The notes under the pieces are model-generated. The model saw nothing but the letters and a program-made list of their open reading frames with translations, was not told where the DNA came from and made no database searches. Shown here piece after piece: positions 51,022 to 59,367 of a stretch of 64,000 nt of DNA. The DNA lies in the NCBI GenBank assembly GCA_024233215.1, contig JACKPW010000015.1, positions 84,253-148,252 on the forward strand. Direction: 5' to 3'. Origin of the DNA: Verrucomicrobiales bacterium. GTDB lineage: Bacteria; Verrucomicrobiota; Verrucomicrobiia; Limisphaerales; J093. Each line of letters opens with the position of its first letter. Position 1 is the stretch's first letter. The translations under genes were made by a program, and so were the position numbers.

Positions 51022-52398
51022 TCAGCCAAGGTAGGCGCCCTGGTGGCGCAGCAGGTCCCGCAGCTTCTCCGGATCCACCTCCCGCGGACGGCACTTGTCC
51101 CGGACCGCGACGCCTGCCGCCGCCCCCGCCGCGTGTCCGGTCAGGAGGCAGGTGGCAATCAGACGCATGTCCTCCACCATCGGCGTGTCCACGTCGAGAC
51201 AACGCCCGGCGGCGATCACGTTGTCCACCGCCTTCGGCACCATGCAGCCATAGGGGATCGCAAAACCGGGCTTGTCCCTGCCGGCCCCGTAGGTGCCGCC
51301 AATCGCAATCGTGTCCGGTTCCCGAACGCCCGAACGAGCCTCCTTGTCGGTCATCTTCCGAACGCCCGCGAGCAGGCGCGTGATGCGCACCCCGATCTGG
51401 GGGGCGATTTGTAGCACGAAGACTTTGTCGGCGCCGGGGACTTCCCGCAGCTTCTCCAGTCGTTTCCAGATACTGCGCCGATGTTCCACCTCGAGCCGGC
51501 TCAACTCCGCAATGTCCAGCCCGTCGGTGCTCGGTCCGCGGAGGTTGACCCACTTCACGCTGGGCAACGGTTCGACGCTGCCAAGGTTCTTGAAACCGGC
51601 TTCCTTGAGCGCTTCCAGGTCGGCGCGATCCACGTTACCCAACCGATGCACGAGGCCGACCGCATGCAGGCGTTGCTCGTGCTCCGCTCCGGCGGCCGCA
51701 AACACGTCGCCATCGCCGGAGGCATCCACGACGACCTTCGCCAGGACCGCCTGGCGTCCCGCTTTGCTTTCCAGAACGACGCCGCGTACGGCGTTGCCGT
51801 CCATCACCACGTCCGCCACCCACGAGTGGAACAACATCCTCACCCCGGCCTCCTGGATCATCTCATCCATCACGAGTTTCGTGAGTTCCGGATCGGTGGT
51901 GGGATCGGGCCTGCCGGCGGTGTAGTTGGTGGCGCCATTCGCATGCTCGGCGATCCGGCCGAGCAGTTCATCACCGATGCCCCGCACGACCTTGGTCAAT
52001 TCGCCGTTCTCGGTGGCGTGCGTCGGATAGACGAGCAGGACCAGTCCGCCGGTCCAGAGTCCGCCGAGATAGCCGTAGCGCTCCACCAAGGTGGTGTTCG
52101 CCCCGGTGCGGGCGGCGGCGATTGCCGCCGTGAAGCCCGCCGGTCCACCGCCGACCACCAACACATCCGTCTCGTGGATCACGCCCAGCGGACGCGCCGG
52201 TTGCAGGACTTTTCCGTCGACCAGTTGGGCGGGATAACGGTCGCGGGCCGTGACGGGAATGACAATGTTCTCCGGCCGCACCGCGCGAGGGGTGTTGGCA
52301 GGCGCCTCATCCGCCACGATGCGGGTGGCGAACGGCGTGCCAAAGCCGGCGGCCGTCAGAAGCTTGAGGAGTCGGCGACGGGAGAATTGAGGTTTCAT
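51022..52398 (-). CDS. Tat-signal FAD-dependent oxidoreductase
   Basis: 458 aa. The Tat motif is SRRRLLKLLTAAGFG and the Rossmann motif is DVLVVGGGPAGFTAAIAAARTG. It has an ATGA overlap with the GH26-like gene. Confidence 0.88.
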   Translation of the reverse strand: MKPQFSRRRLLKLLTAAGFGTPFATRIVADEAPANTPRAVRPENIVIPVTARDRYPAQLVDGKVLQPARPLGVIHETDVLVVGGGPAGFTAAIAAARTGANTTLVERYGYLGGLWTGGLVLLVYPTHATENGELTKVVRGIGDELLGRIAEHANGATNYTAGRPDPTTDPELTKLVMDEMIQEAGVRMLFHSWVADVVMDGNAVRGVVLESKAGRQAVLAKVVVDASGDGDVFAAAGAEHEQRLHAVGLVHRLGNVDRADLEALKEAGFKNLGSVEPLPSVKWVNLRGPSTDGLDIAELSRLEVEHRRSIWKRLEKLREVPGADKVFVLQIAPQIGVRITRLLAGVRKMTDKEARSGVREPDTIAIGGTYGAGRDKPGFAIPYGCMVPKAVDNVIAAGRCLDVDTPMVEDMRLIATCLLTGHAAGAAAGVAVRDKCRPREVDPEKLRDLLRHQGAYLG

Positions 52399-53414
52399 TT
52401 CTCAAGGGTGACAACCTTGGGATCGTTCATCAACTCCCGACCGTTGAGATTGCCGACCACGTTGTAGAATCCTTCGTCACTCCAGAAGACGAAGCCGGCG
52501 AGTTCGGGGAAGTGGTCCTCGAGTTTTCGCAGCACGTCCAGGCAGTCGCGCGGCGGGTCGGACCGACCGCGAATCCCCAGTTCCGCCCACCAGATGACCT
52601 TGTCCTGCTCCCGCTTCTTTGCGACCGCCCATTCGTATTCGGCGAAAGGCAGGCCGGTGCCGTAGGCCGATTTCCCGATGACGTCCACGTAGGCGTCGCC
52701 CGGGTAACAGCGCTGCAGGGCGCCGTTGTTCTGGGTGGTGTGGTAGGCCCAGATGAGGTTGTCGAGCCCCTGGGTGTTCTCGAAGTAGTCGTGGACCAGG
52801 CGGTAGAGCCGGATGATGGCGTCGCTGCCGTTCTTGGCATGCCACTTGTTCCGGTCGTCGCTCTCGACGAACGGCGTGTAGACCACGGGAATCCCCCGGT
52901 CCTTCAGCCAACGCAGATTCGCGGCCATCCGGTCGAGTTGCTCGTGGAAATTGGTCTTGGTGGCGTTGTCGCCGGGCGCCCAGATCTGTGGGATGTCGAC
53001 GGGACCATTCCATCGGTCGCCGGACGGGTTGGCCCAGAAGTTGTAGACGCCGGCGATCATCCCGCGCTCCCAGACCTTCCTGACGCCCTCGTTCCACGCC
53101 GAGTCGGGAAACGGATCATCGACGAAGTCGTAGGTGATGCAGCCATAACGGGGGAGTCGCCCCGTGTGCTCCCGGACCTTCTTGAGCCAGTTGCCGGCCG
53201 CGTCCATGTCGGGATTCTCGTTGTGAACCCAGGTCCCCACCTGACCGAACAGATACGAGCCGTGGCCTCGGGCCTTTAGGAAGGCCAGGACCTCGTCCCG
53301 CGCTTTCGCGGCAGGCTGACGGGAATCCTGGGCTCGGGAGATGGCCAAAGGCGCGCCGATACCGGCGGCGCCGAGGAGCTTCAGGAGTTGTCGACGGGTG
53401 AGTGGGTTATTCAT
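52395..53414 (-). CDS. Tat-signal GH26-like glycoside hydrolase (mannanase-type fold)
   Basis: Start placed at the ATG at 53414 (MNNPLTRRQLLKLLGAAGIG). GH26-like blocks are YLFGQV, PVVYTPFVESDD, NLIWAYHT and YPGDAYVDVIGKSAY. Length is 339 aa. Confidence 0.75.
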   Translation of the reverse strand: MNNPLTRRQLLKLLGAAGIGAPLAISRAQDSRQPAAKARDEVLAFLKARGHGSYLFGQVGTWVHNENPDMDAAGNWLKKVREHTGRLPRYGCITYDFVDDPFPDSAWNEGVRKVWERGMIAGVYNFWANPSGDRWNGPVDIPQIWAPGDNATKTNFHEQLDRMAANLRWLKDRGIPVVYTPFVESDDRNKWHAKNGSDAIIRLYRLVHDYFENTQGLDNLIWAYHTTQNNGALQRCYPGDAYVDVIGKSAYGTGLPFAEYEWAVAKKREQDKVIWWAELGIRGRSDPPRDCLDVLRKLEDHFPELAGFVFWSDEGFYNVVGNLNGRELMNDPKVVTLEK

Positions 53415-53521
53415 GAATCTTCTTCGCAATGGGTGGTGGGGCTCTCTTCAGGAAGCGCTTGAATTTGTCAAACACGGTAGATGTCTAACGCCAGGCTCAG
53501 CGGCGGTACTTCGTCCGCTGA

Positions 53522-53745
53522 AGCCGTTGGTTGGAACTCCGTTTCTGTTTCTCCCGCAGAGGCGCTGAGGCGCAGAGGGAACCCCATTCTCTACCCGGCG
53601 GTTTCTGGTCCGGTTTCCGGTTCGGTTGATCCTCTCTGAGTCGTCTTGGGGTCGGTCTTCGCTCCGACCGTCCTGTCGTTCCGGTTCCGGTCTTCCTCCG
53701 CGCCTCTGCGCCTCTGCGCGAGAAACGCCTTCATCCCATTCAGGT
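53522..53745 (+). repeat. Hairpin element F (GCAGAGGCGC-type arms)
   Basis: The start AGCCGTTGGTTGG is at 53522. The left arm is 53551-53580 (CTCCCGCAGAGGCGCTGAGGCGCAGAGGGA) and the right arm is 53693-53722 (TTCCTCCGCGCCTCTGCGCCTCTGCGCGAG), 26/30 complementary by hand. The core contains CTACCCGGCGGTTTC. Confidence 0.8.
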
Positions 53746-53750
53746 GCCAA

Positions 53751-54039
53751 CAAGTGATTATGCGAGTCTGGATATCACGCCAACCTGGGGTGCTATCCGA
53801 TAAAGCACATTCCCGTGGGCTGGCTTCATTGTTTGCTCGTTGGCTTGGACGCTACTGCAAGTCCGTGGGGCAAAGCAAGATGTTGCGGCGGGCTTGGGTT
53901 GTCCGGGGCGCGTTCCGAGTTTCCTGCCACCGGCTTCCGCATCGCGAGGCGATGCCAGCCATTAGCCGGGGGTTGGGTCCGAGTAGGCTCGGGCCCCACC
54001 CCCGGTGGGCACCGGAACAGGCTTCGCACCCTGGAGGGG
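53751..54039 (+). repeat. Tandem element, copy 1 (about 289 nt; candidate structured RNA or non-autonomous repeat)
   Basis: Both copies start with CAAGTGATTA, exactly 420 bp apart. From TGCTATCCGA onward the copies are about 90-95% identical by eye. Three single-base indels between the copies break every reading frame. Confidence 0.8.
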
Positions 54040-54170
54040 CCATGATGCCGAAATCGAACCGAGCCATGATCCGCATTGCGGTAACCCGCCAACACGGTAG
54101 GTCCACAAGGGGAGGAACGCCGCGCGGACTATTTGAGGGATGTCGCGCGCTCAACGGCCATGCTGTCCAC

Positions 54171-54456
54171 CAAGTGATTACATGAGTCAGAATATCGCTC
54201 CCACGTGGAGTGCTATCCGACAAGGCTCACTCCCGTGGGCTGGCTTCACTGTGTGCTCGTTGATTTGGACGCTACTGCAAGTCCGTGCGGCAAAGCAAGA
54301 TGTTGCGGCGGGCTTGGGTTGTCCGGGCGCGTTCCGAGTTTCCTGCCACTGGCTTCCGTATCGCGAGGCGATGCCAGCTATTAGCCGGGGTTGGGTCCGA
54401 GTAGGCTCGGGCCTTACCCCGGTGGGCACCGGAACAGGCTTCGCACCCCGGAGGGG
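54171..54456 (+). repeat. Tandem element, copy 2 (about 286 nt)
   Basis: See copy 1. This copy ends in the hairpin GCACCCC-gga-GGGGTGC. An inverted copy of its internal motif GCCAGCYATTAGCCGGGG lies at 54558-54575, 12 nt from the relE/parE stop. Confidence 0.8.
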
Positions 54457-54586
54457 TGCCAGAGCGGTCGCGAGCAGGTGCCGCGTCTGCGACCCCGCCG
54501 GGGTCGGATCGGTTTGGGCGTGGTACCGGGGGTCGGCCGGACTTTGGTCCGGGCGAGCCCCGGCTAATGGCTGGCAGCCCTCCGGG

Positions 54587-54886
54587 CTACTGTCCTGTTC
54601 GATTCTTCCAGTAATCCGGGTCGCGGTGGAGATGCATGACGGCCATGACGGCGATGACGTTCGGCTCGATGCGGAACAAGACGCCGAAGGGAAACGTCTT
54701 GGTAAGACATCGGCGTACGTCCCCATCGACAAAAGAGTAGAGCTCGGGATTGAGTTGGATCCGGTTGAGGGCGTCCTGGACCGCTACGAGGAAACGTTTC
54801 CCCAGGTCTTCCTGTTGCGACTCATACCACACCGCAGCATTGAGCATCTCTGCGTCTGCATCGGGATGGAAACGGACCGGTTTCAC
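54587..54886 (-). CDS. Type II toxin, RelE/ParE family
   Basis: 99 aa with a GTG start overlapping the antitoxin stop (GTGA). The sequence MKPVRFHPDADAEMLNAAVWYESQ...FPFGVLFRIEPNVIAVMAVMHLHRDPDYW has typical ParE/RelE-like architecture. Confidence 0.8.
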   Translation of the reverse strand: MKPVRFHPDADAEMLNAAVWYESQQEDLGKRFLVAVQDALNRIQLNPELYSFVDGDVRRCLTKTFPFGVLFRIEPNVIAVMAVMHLHRDPDYWKNRTGQ

Positions 54887-55113
54887 GCAAGAGCCGCACG
54901 AGCTTTCGCAAACACATCGGCGGCATCACGCAACTCCAGCGCGCCCTCGTCGATCTCCCGACAGCGTCTCCGGACCTCCTCGCGCCACTTCGGGGAGATA
55001 TCCTCTCCGGGGCCGGCCTCGAGGCTTTCGATGAGGCGTTCCGCCACAAACGCACGCCCCTGTGGGGGAAGGGCCAGGGCCTCCGTGACAATCTTCTCTG
55101 CCGTCATGCTCAT
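54883..55113 (-). CDS. Antitoxin ('addiction module component' family)
   Basis: Start placed at the ATG at 55113 (MSMTAEKIVTEALALPPQGRAFVAERLIESLE...ISPKWREEVRRRCREIDEG). This is the conserved pattern of the small helical antitoxins paired with ParE/RelE. Length is 76 aa. Confidence 0.75.
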   Translation of the reverse strand: MSMTAEKIVTEALALPPQGRAFVAERLIESLEAGPGEDISPKWREEVRRRCREIDEGALELRDAADVFAKARAALA

Positions 55114-55175
55114 GTTGGAAGAGTGCCCCGCGAGTATTCCGTGGTCAATGTGCCGGTTTGAGAGACCCTGCAAAC

Positions 55176-56267
55176 TCAGCGTGAACTGCGGAGTTCCGGC
55201 AGGATGATCTGTTCGATGGCGTGATGGGAGATCATGTGGCTCGGGGCCGTTTCATCGATCTCGAGGCGGAACGCCCCGTCGCCGATGCCAGCGAGTGCCG
55301 CCTGGACCTGGCGTTCGTAACGGCGCATGGCTTCCTCATACGGCAGGCCGGTGGCCGGCTCGTCGTGTTGGGCTTCGCCAAAACAGCAATCATCCCGGCG
55401 CCCCAGGATCTGCACCTGCCTGCGTCCCTCCCCAAGCGCCCCGAGGACGTAGAGGTCCGGATACCCGGCCAGGCGGTAGAACGACGGTTCGAATTGCTCC
55501 CGATCCCCAACGGACCCACCCGCGCGCAGATACAGGGGGATCGAACCCGCCACCGGGAAGCTGCACCGGATGGTCGGGTCCAAGGCGGCATAGACGGTTG
55601 TGGTCCATCCGCCACCGGAGAGTCCGATCATGTGGAAGGCCCGGTATTGGAGGGAACCGTCCGGGGTTTTGGCCTGCTTCAAGTGGTTCAGTCCAATCGC
55701 CGTGGATTCGAGGAACAGCCGGATGGGACTGCGGGAATCGTGGTTCTGCTCGAACATCGCGTTGTGGCCGCCGGTGCAATCCCCCGGACGCATGTGAGGC
55801 ATGAAGACACCGAGCACGCCGTAGCCTTCACGGAGGAGGGCGTGGATTGTTCGCTGCAAACCGTACCCCACGTCCGCCGGGCCGGGATCGTCATCCAGGG
55901 TGCAGCCGTGGCCGTGATGCAGGACCACGAGTTCCCGATTGGGGTGTTCGGGGACAAAGTGCCAGGCCCGGCCCTCCAGGTCGGGGGCGAGGTTCATTTG
56001 CAGTTCGTCCACGCGGTCGAGGTGGTCCAGAGACTGCACCGGGGAGGGGATGTTCGTCCGGACGACGTCCGGTTGGCGTTGTGCCGGGAAGCCGTCCTTT
56101 CCCCAGAGATGGTCGATCAAGGCCGCGCGTTTTGCGGCCGCGTCGGCCTCCGAAAGGACCGTGATGTTGCGGTCGTCCAGCAGTGTGGCGGCCACGACGG
56201 AGGTGAACGGTGAAGCGGCCGCCAGCAGCGACGCGAGGGACAGCACGGACGCGAGGTTGTGGCGCAT
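55176..56267 (-). CDS. Secreted alpha/beta-hydrolase (esterase-like)
   Basis: Start placed at the ATG at 56267 (MRHNLASVLSLASLLAAASP, a signal peptide). The nucleophile elbow is GLSGGG and an HHGHG block is present. Length is 363 aa. Confidence 0.75.
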   Translation of the reverse strand: MRHNLASVLSLASLLAAASPFTSVVAATLLDDRNITVLSEADAAAKRAALIDHLWGKDGFPAQRQPDVVRTNIPSPVQSLDHLDRVDELQMNLAPDLEGRAWHFVPEHPNRELVVLHHGHGCTLDDDPGPADVGYGLQRTIHALLREGYGVLGVFMPHMRPGDCTGGHNAMFEQNHDSRSPIRLFLESTAIGLNHLKQAKTPDGSLQYRAFHMIGLSGGGWTTTVYAALDPTIRCSFPVAGSIPLYLRAGGSVGDREQFEPSFYRLAGYPDLYVLGALGEGRRQVQILGRRDDCCFGEAQHDEPATGLPYEEAMRRYERQVQAALAGIGDGAFRLEIDETAPSHMISHHAIEQIILPELRSSR

Positions 56268-56362
56268 GGCGCGGCGAGTTCGGGGGTGGTGGGGGATGGA
56301 TTCAGCGTTTTCCATGAAATGCGCCGATTAACCTTGGCGGCTACGGCACCGTTGGATACGGG

Positions 56363-58015
56363 CTACCTGGGTGCCGCCTCCTGATGGGTGACGATGGGGA
56401 CATAGCCAAGTTCCAATCCCGGGGGCGGGGTGACCAGCAGGGCGGGGTCCAGGCTGACCAATTCTCCGCGGCTGGGCGGGGTCATGTAATCGCGGTCGAC
56501 GGGCCATTGCGCGTGCAGTCGCTCGATGAAGTTCTGGAGTTTCTCCCGCTTGGCCTGGCTCCAGTCGTATTGCTGGAATGAGGGTTGATCGATGAAGCGG
56601 TACCAGGAGTAGGTGACGCGCGAGCCATCCGCGAGGTCCACCGTGAACGGCCCGCGGGTCGGGCCGGGCTTGGTCCAGGCCGGGGTTTGCGGTGAGGTGT
56701 AGGGGACGCCCAGGGTTGCCTTCTCGAATTCCTGATCGAGCAACCCGGTTTCCTTCGGCACCTCGGCGGCGCTCACGACCACACACTCTTCTCCGACCCG
56801 TTTGAAGTAACGGGGAAAGACGCCCTTGGGGCTGGGCCCGTTCTCACGCCACACCAGGCCCCAGACGCCGCCATCGAGCACTTCGTTGTCGAAGACCCGT
56901 TCCACTCCGGTGATCACCTTGCCGGCCTGATCGTAACGCGTGTCGCGCCGGGTCAGGCTGGAGCGCCAGGCTCCTTTCTCGTCGAACCGTCCGGAGCACG
57001 CCGGGCCGCCGTCCCGCCAGGTTTTGAAGGCGTCGTAGAGGGCCGCCTTGGAATAGTAGACGACGTCCTGGACCAGGAGGCTGCGGCCCTGTGGATCCAC
57101 CGGGAACTGCAGCCTGGGGATTTTGGAATAGACCGTGCCGTTCGCGTCCACGCCGTCGAAGCGGGGCACGGTGTTGATCTCCATGGCGCCGCCGCCCATG
57201 TTGCCGGGCCGGGCGTCGAGTCCGCGTCCGTAGATGAAGGGGTAATTGAAGAGCTTGCCGATCTTGCTCCAGGTTTCCGGGATGTAATAGGCGATGGGGC
57301 CCTTGAAATTGGCGGCGCTCAGGAAGCAGGTCCAGGCCTGGTCCCCGGTTGGCGGATCGCCGGTGGTGGGATCGGTGAACGGGAGGGCCATGTAGGTGTA
57401 GCCAAGGAACTCGCCATTCGGATTCCCCTCGAACGGGAGGGCGTCGGGCGGAATGAGCAACCGGTTGCTGAGTTGGGCGATGCCGAGGCGATTGTCCGGC
57501 AGGGCCTCGTTATCGTAGAAGAACGACCAACCCGGCGAGCCGACCTCGTAATCGTAGCACTGCGGTGTGGCGTTCATGCTGAACTTCGGCGGACCGTAGC
57601 GGAAGTGGTTTCCGGCCCAGTACCCCAGTCCGCCCTCGACGGTTTGGAAGACGCTGCTCCAGGTGGGGCCGCGCGGGGCCCAGGTCCGGGCGAGCGTGCC
57701 TTCCGGCGCCAGGGGTTGGTCCTTGTTGTCGGAGTTGTCCGGCGTGATCCAGGCGCTGGGGAGACCGATCTGGAAGTTGGCAATCGGTTGATCGATCAGC
57801 GGCCAGACGGCGGCATAGAATCCCATGCCGGCGCTGAACTCGGAGCGGTCGCCGGGACGCGTGGCGCGGTAGCCGATGTAACCGTGGAGACCCTGCGAAT
57901 GCGCGGTGACGGTTCCGGGGCGCGGGCCGGATGCGGGGCTTGTGGCGGGTTGTCCGGACGCCGTCGGAAGCCAGGCCAGGGCGGACAGTGTGAGGACTTG
58001 CAGGAATTGCTTCAT
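56363..58015 (-). CDS. Secreted protein of unknown function (550 aa)
   Basis: Start placed at the ATG at 58015 (MKQFLQVLTLSALAWLPTASG, a signal peptide). Composition is coding-like, rich in W/Y/F/N/D, unlike the antisense GC-rich frames. I recognised no family. Confidence 0.7.
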   Translation of the reverse strand: MKQFLQVLTLSALAWLPTASGQPATSPASGPRPGTVTAHSQGLHGYIGYRATRPGDRSEFSAGMGFYAAVWPLIDQPIANFQIGLPSAWITPDNSDNKDQPLAPEGTLARTWAPRGPTWSSVFQTVEGGLGYWAGNHFRYGPPKFSMNATPQCYDYEVGSPGWSFFYDNEALPDNRLGIAQLSNRLLIPPDALPFEGNPNGEFLGYTYMALPFTDPTTGDPPTGDQAWTCFLSAANFKGPIAYYIPETWSKIGKLFNYPFIYGRGLDARPGNMGGGAMEINTVPRFDGVDANGTVYSKIPRLQFPVDPQGRSLLVQDVVYYSKAALYDAFKTWRDGGPACSGRFDEKGAWRSSLTRRDTRYDQAGKVITGVERVFDNEVLDGGVWGLVWRENGPSPKGVFPRYFKRVGEECVVVSAAEVPKETGLLDQEFEKATLGVPYTSPQTPAWTKPGPTRGPFTVDLADGSRVTYSWYRFIDQPSFQQYDWSQAKREKLQNFIERLHAQWPVDRDYMTPPSRGELVSLDPALLVTPPPGLELGYVPIVTHQEAAPR

Positions 58016-58047
58016 GGAGTCTGGGGGTTCGGGGAGGTCCCGGGGCT

Positions 58048-59367
58048 TCAAATGATTTCCTCGTTCGCCGCGTCCCAACGGACCACGCGGTTTTCCTGTT
58101 GGGAAACCAGGGACATCAGGAAGGTGGCCGTCTCGATGAACGCCTCGTCGGTCGAGCATTTCGGCGTGCCGCGGCTGCGGATGCACTGGACCCAATCGAG
58201 CATGTGATTGGGTTGGGCGGGGGTGCGTCCCCGCTCATAGCCCGCAGGCAGGTCGGCGTTGCGGTTGTGATAGGTCTTCTCGATCTCAAACGTGCTCACG
58301 TCATGCGCGATGGCGTCGAAGCGCAGGGTCGCATCCCGCCCGCAGAGGGTGACCGGCAGACTGTCGGTGCAGTTCATGCTTCCCTCGAAGGTCACCGTGC
58401 GTCCCAGCTTCTCGAACTGGTAGGTGGCGCAGTAGGTGTCGGGCACTTCGCGGTCGTCCTTGAGCAGGGCAATCAGCCCCCGGCAGGAGCAGGTGTCGGG
58501 AATGCCATGGCCCAGGAGGTACTGCACGAAGTCCATCTCGTGCGACAGCAGGTCGCCGGCGTAACCGGTGCCGTAGGCGTAGTAGCAGCGCCAGTGCCAG
58601 AAGTGCCGCTCGTTCCAGGGGATCTTGGGGGCCGGCCCCAGCCAGAGGTCCCAGTCCACCTCCTTGCGGACCTGCGCGGGATCGGGGCGTTCCCACTGAT
58701 CGTAGTAGCCGTACCAACGCCAGTTGGGGCGGTCCGGCCGGGTCGACTTGTAGCGGCCCGTGCGTACCAGGGTGATGGGCCCCAGAACGTCCCGGGCGAT
58801 GAGTTCCCTGGCCTGCAGGGCGCACGTGGCCTGGCGCGCCTGGTGACCCAGTTGAAAGACGACCTCGGTTCGCTTCAGCGCGTCCCGCATCCGTTTCGCC
58901 TCCGGCAGCGTCCGGGCGAACCCCTTCTCGCAATAGATGTCCTTCCCGGCCCGGGCCGCGTCCACCACAATCGGGCAATGCCAGTGATCCGGTGTGGCAA
59001 TGATCACCGCGTCCACGTTGGGATCGGCCAGCAACTCGCGATAATCGACATAGGCTTTCACCGCCGGATTCCGGCTGCGCTCAACCCCTTTCTGCCGGTG
59101 CGGTCCATAAACGTCGCAGACCGCGGTCACCGTGACGTCCGGCAGCGGCACGACCGCGTTGATGAGGTCGCCTCCCCGCGTCCCCAGGCCGATGCAGCCG
59201 ACCCGGACGGTGCCGGCCTTTGACGCGGCCCGGAGCAGGTTGGGGGCCAGGGTGGAAGCGGCGGCCACGGCGGTGGCGGTGCGCGTGGACGTGCGGAGGA
59301 ATTGACGGCGGGTGAGGGGATTGGGCGGGGTCATGGTCATGTTGAAGAAGTCCGGCTTCATCGGCAT
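58048..59367 (-). CDS. Tat-signal Gfo/Idh/MocA-family oxidoreductase
   Basis: The Tat motif is LTRRQFLRTSTRTATAVAAAS. The Rossmann segment is VRVGCIGLGTRGGDLI, and IIATPDHWH and EKGFART are present. Length is 439 aa; a start at an internal Met is possible. Confidence 0.88.
   Translation of the reverse strand: MPMKPDFFNMTMTPPNPLTRRQFLRTSTRTATAVAAASTLAPNLLRAASKAGTVRVGCIGLGTRGGDLINAVVPLPDVTVTAVCDVYGPHRQKGVERSRNPAVKAYVDYRELLADPNVDAVIIATPDHWHCPIVVDAARAGKDIYCEKGFARTLPEAKRMRDALKRTEVVFQLGHQARQATCALQARELIARDVLGPITLVRTGRYKSTRPDRPNWRWYGYYDQWERPDPAQVRKEVDWDLWLGPAPKIPWNERHFWHWRCYYAYGTGYAGDLLSHEMDFVQYLLGHGIPDTCSCRGLIALLKDDREVPDTYCATYQFEKLGRTVTFEGSMNCTDSLPVTLCGRDATLRFDAIAHDVSTFEIEKTYHNRNADLPAGYERGRTPAQPNHMLDWVQCIRSRGTPKCSTDEAFIETATFLMSLVSQQENRVVRWDAANEEII

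Noticed and set aside
53751-54456. Tandem 290-nt copies as a diversity-generating retroelement TR/VR pair
   Set aside because: Differences between the copies are mostly C/T and A/G transitions plus indels, not adenine-specific. No reverse transcriptase gene is nearby, and neither copy lies at the 3' end of a target gene.
53646-55207. 179-aa and 355-aa plus-strand ORFs running through the tandem element and then antisense through the toxin-antitoxin genes
   Set aside because: Single-base indels between the two near-identical copies change the frame, so no protein is conserved between copies. The 355-aa ORF continues antisense to well-supported toxin and antitoxin genes.
55486-55494. GGTTCGAAT, a tRNA T-loop-like string
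   Set aside because: It lies inside the esterase CDS, and I could find no acceptor or anticodon stems around it. I found no tRNA anywhere in the window by eye; tRNAscan-SE would confirm.
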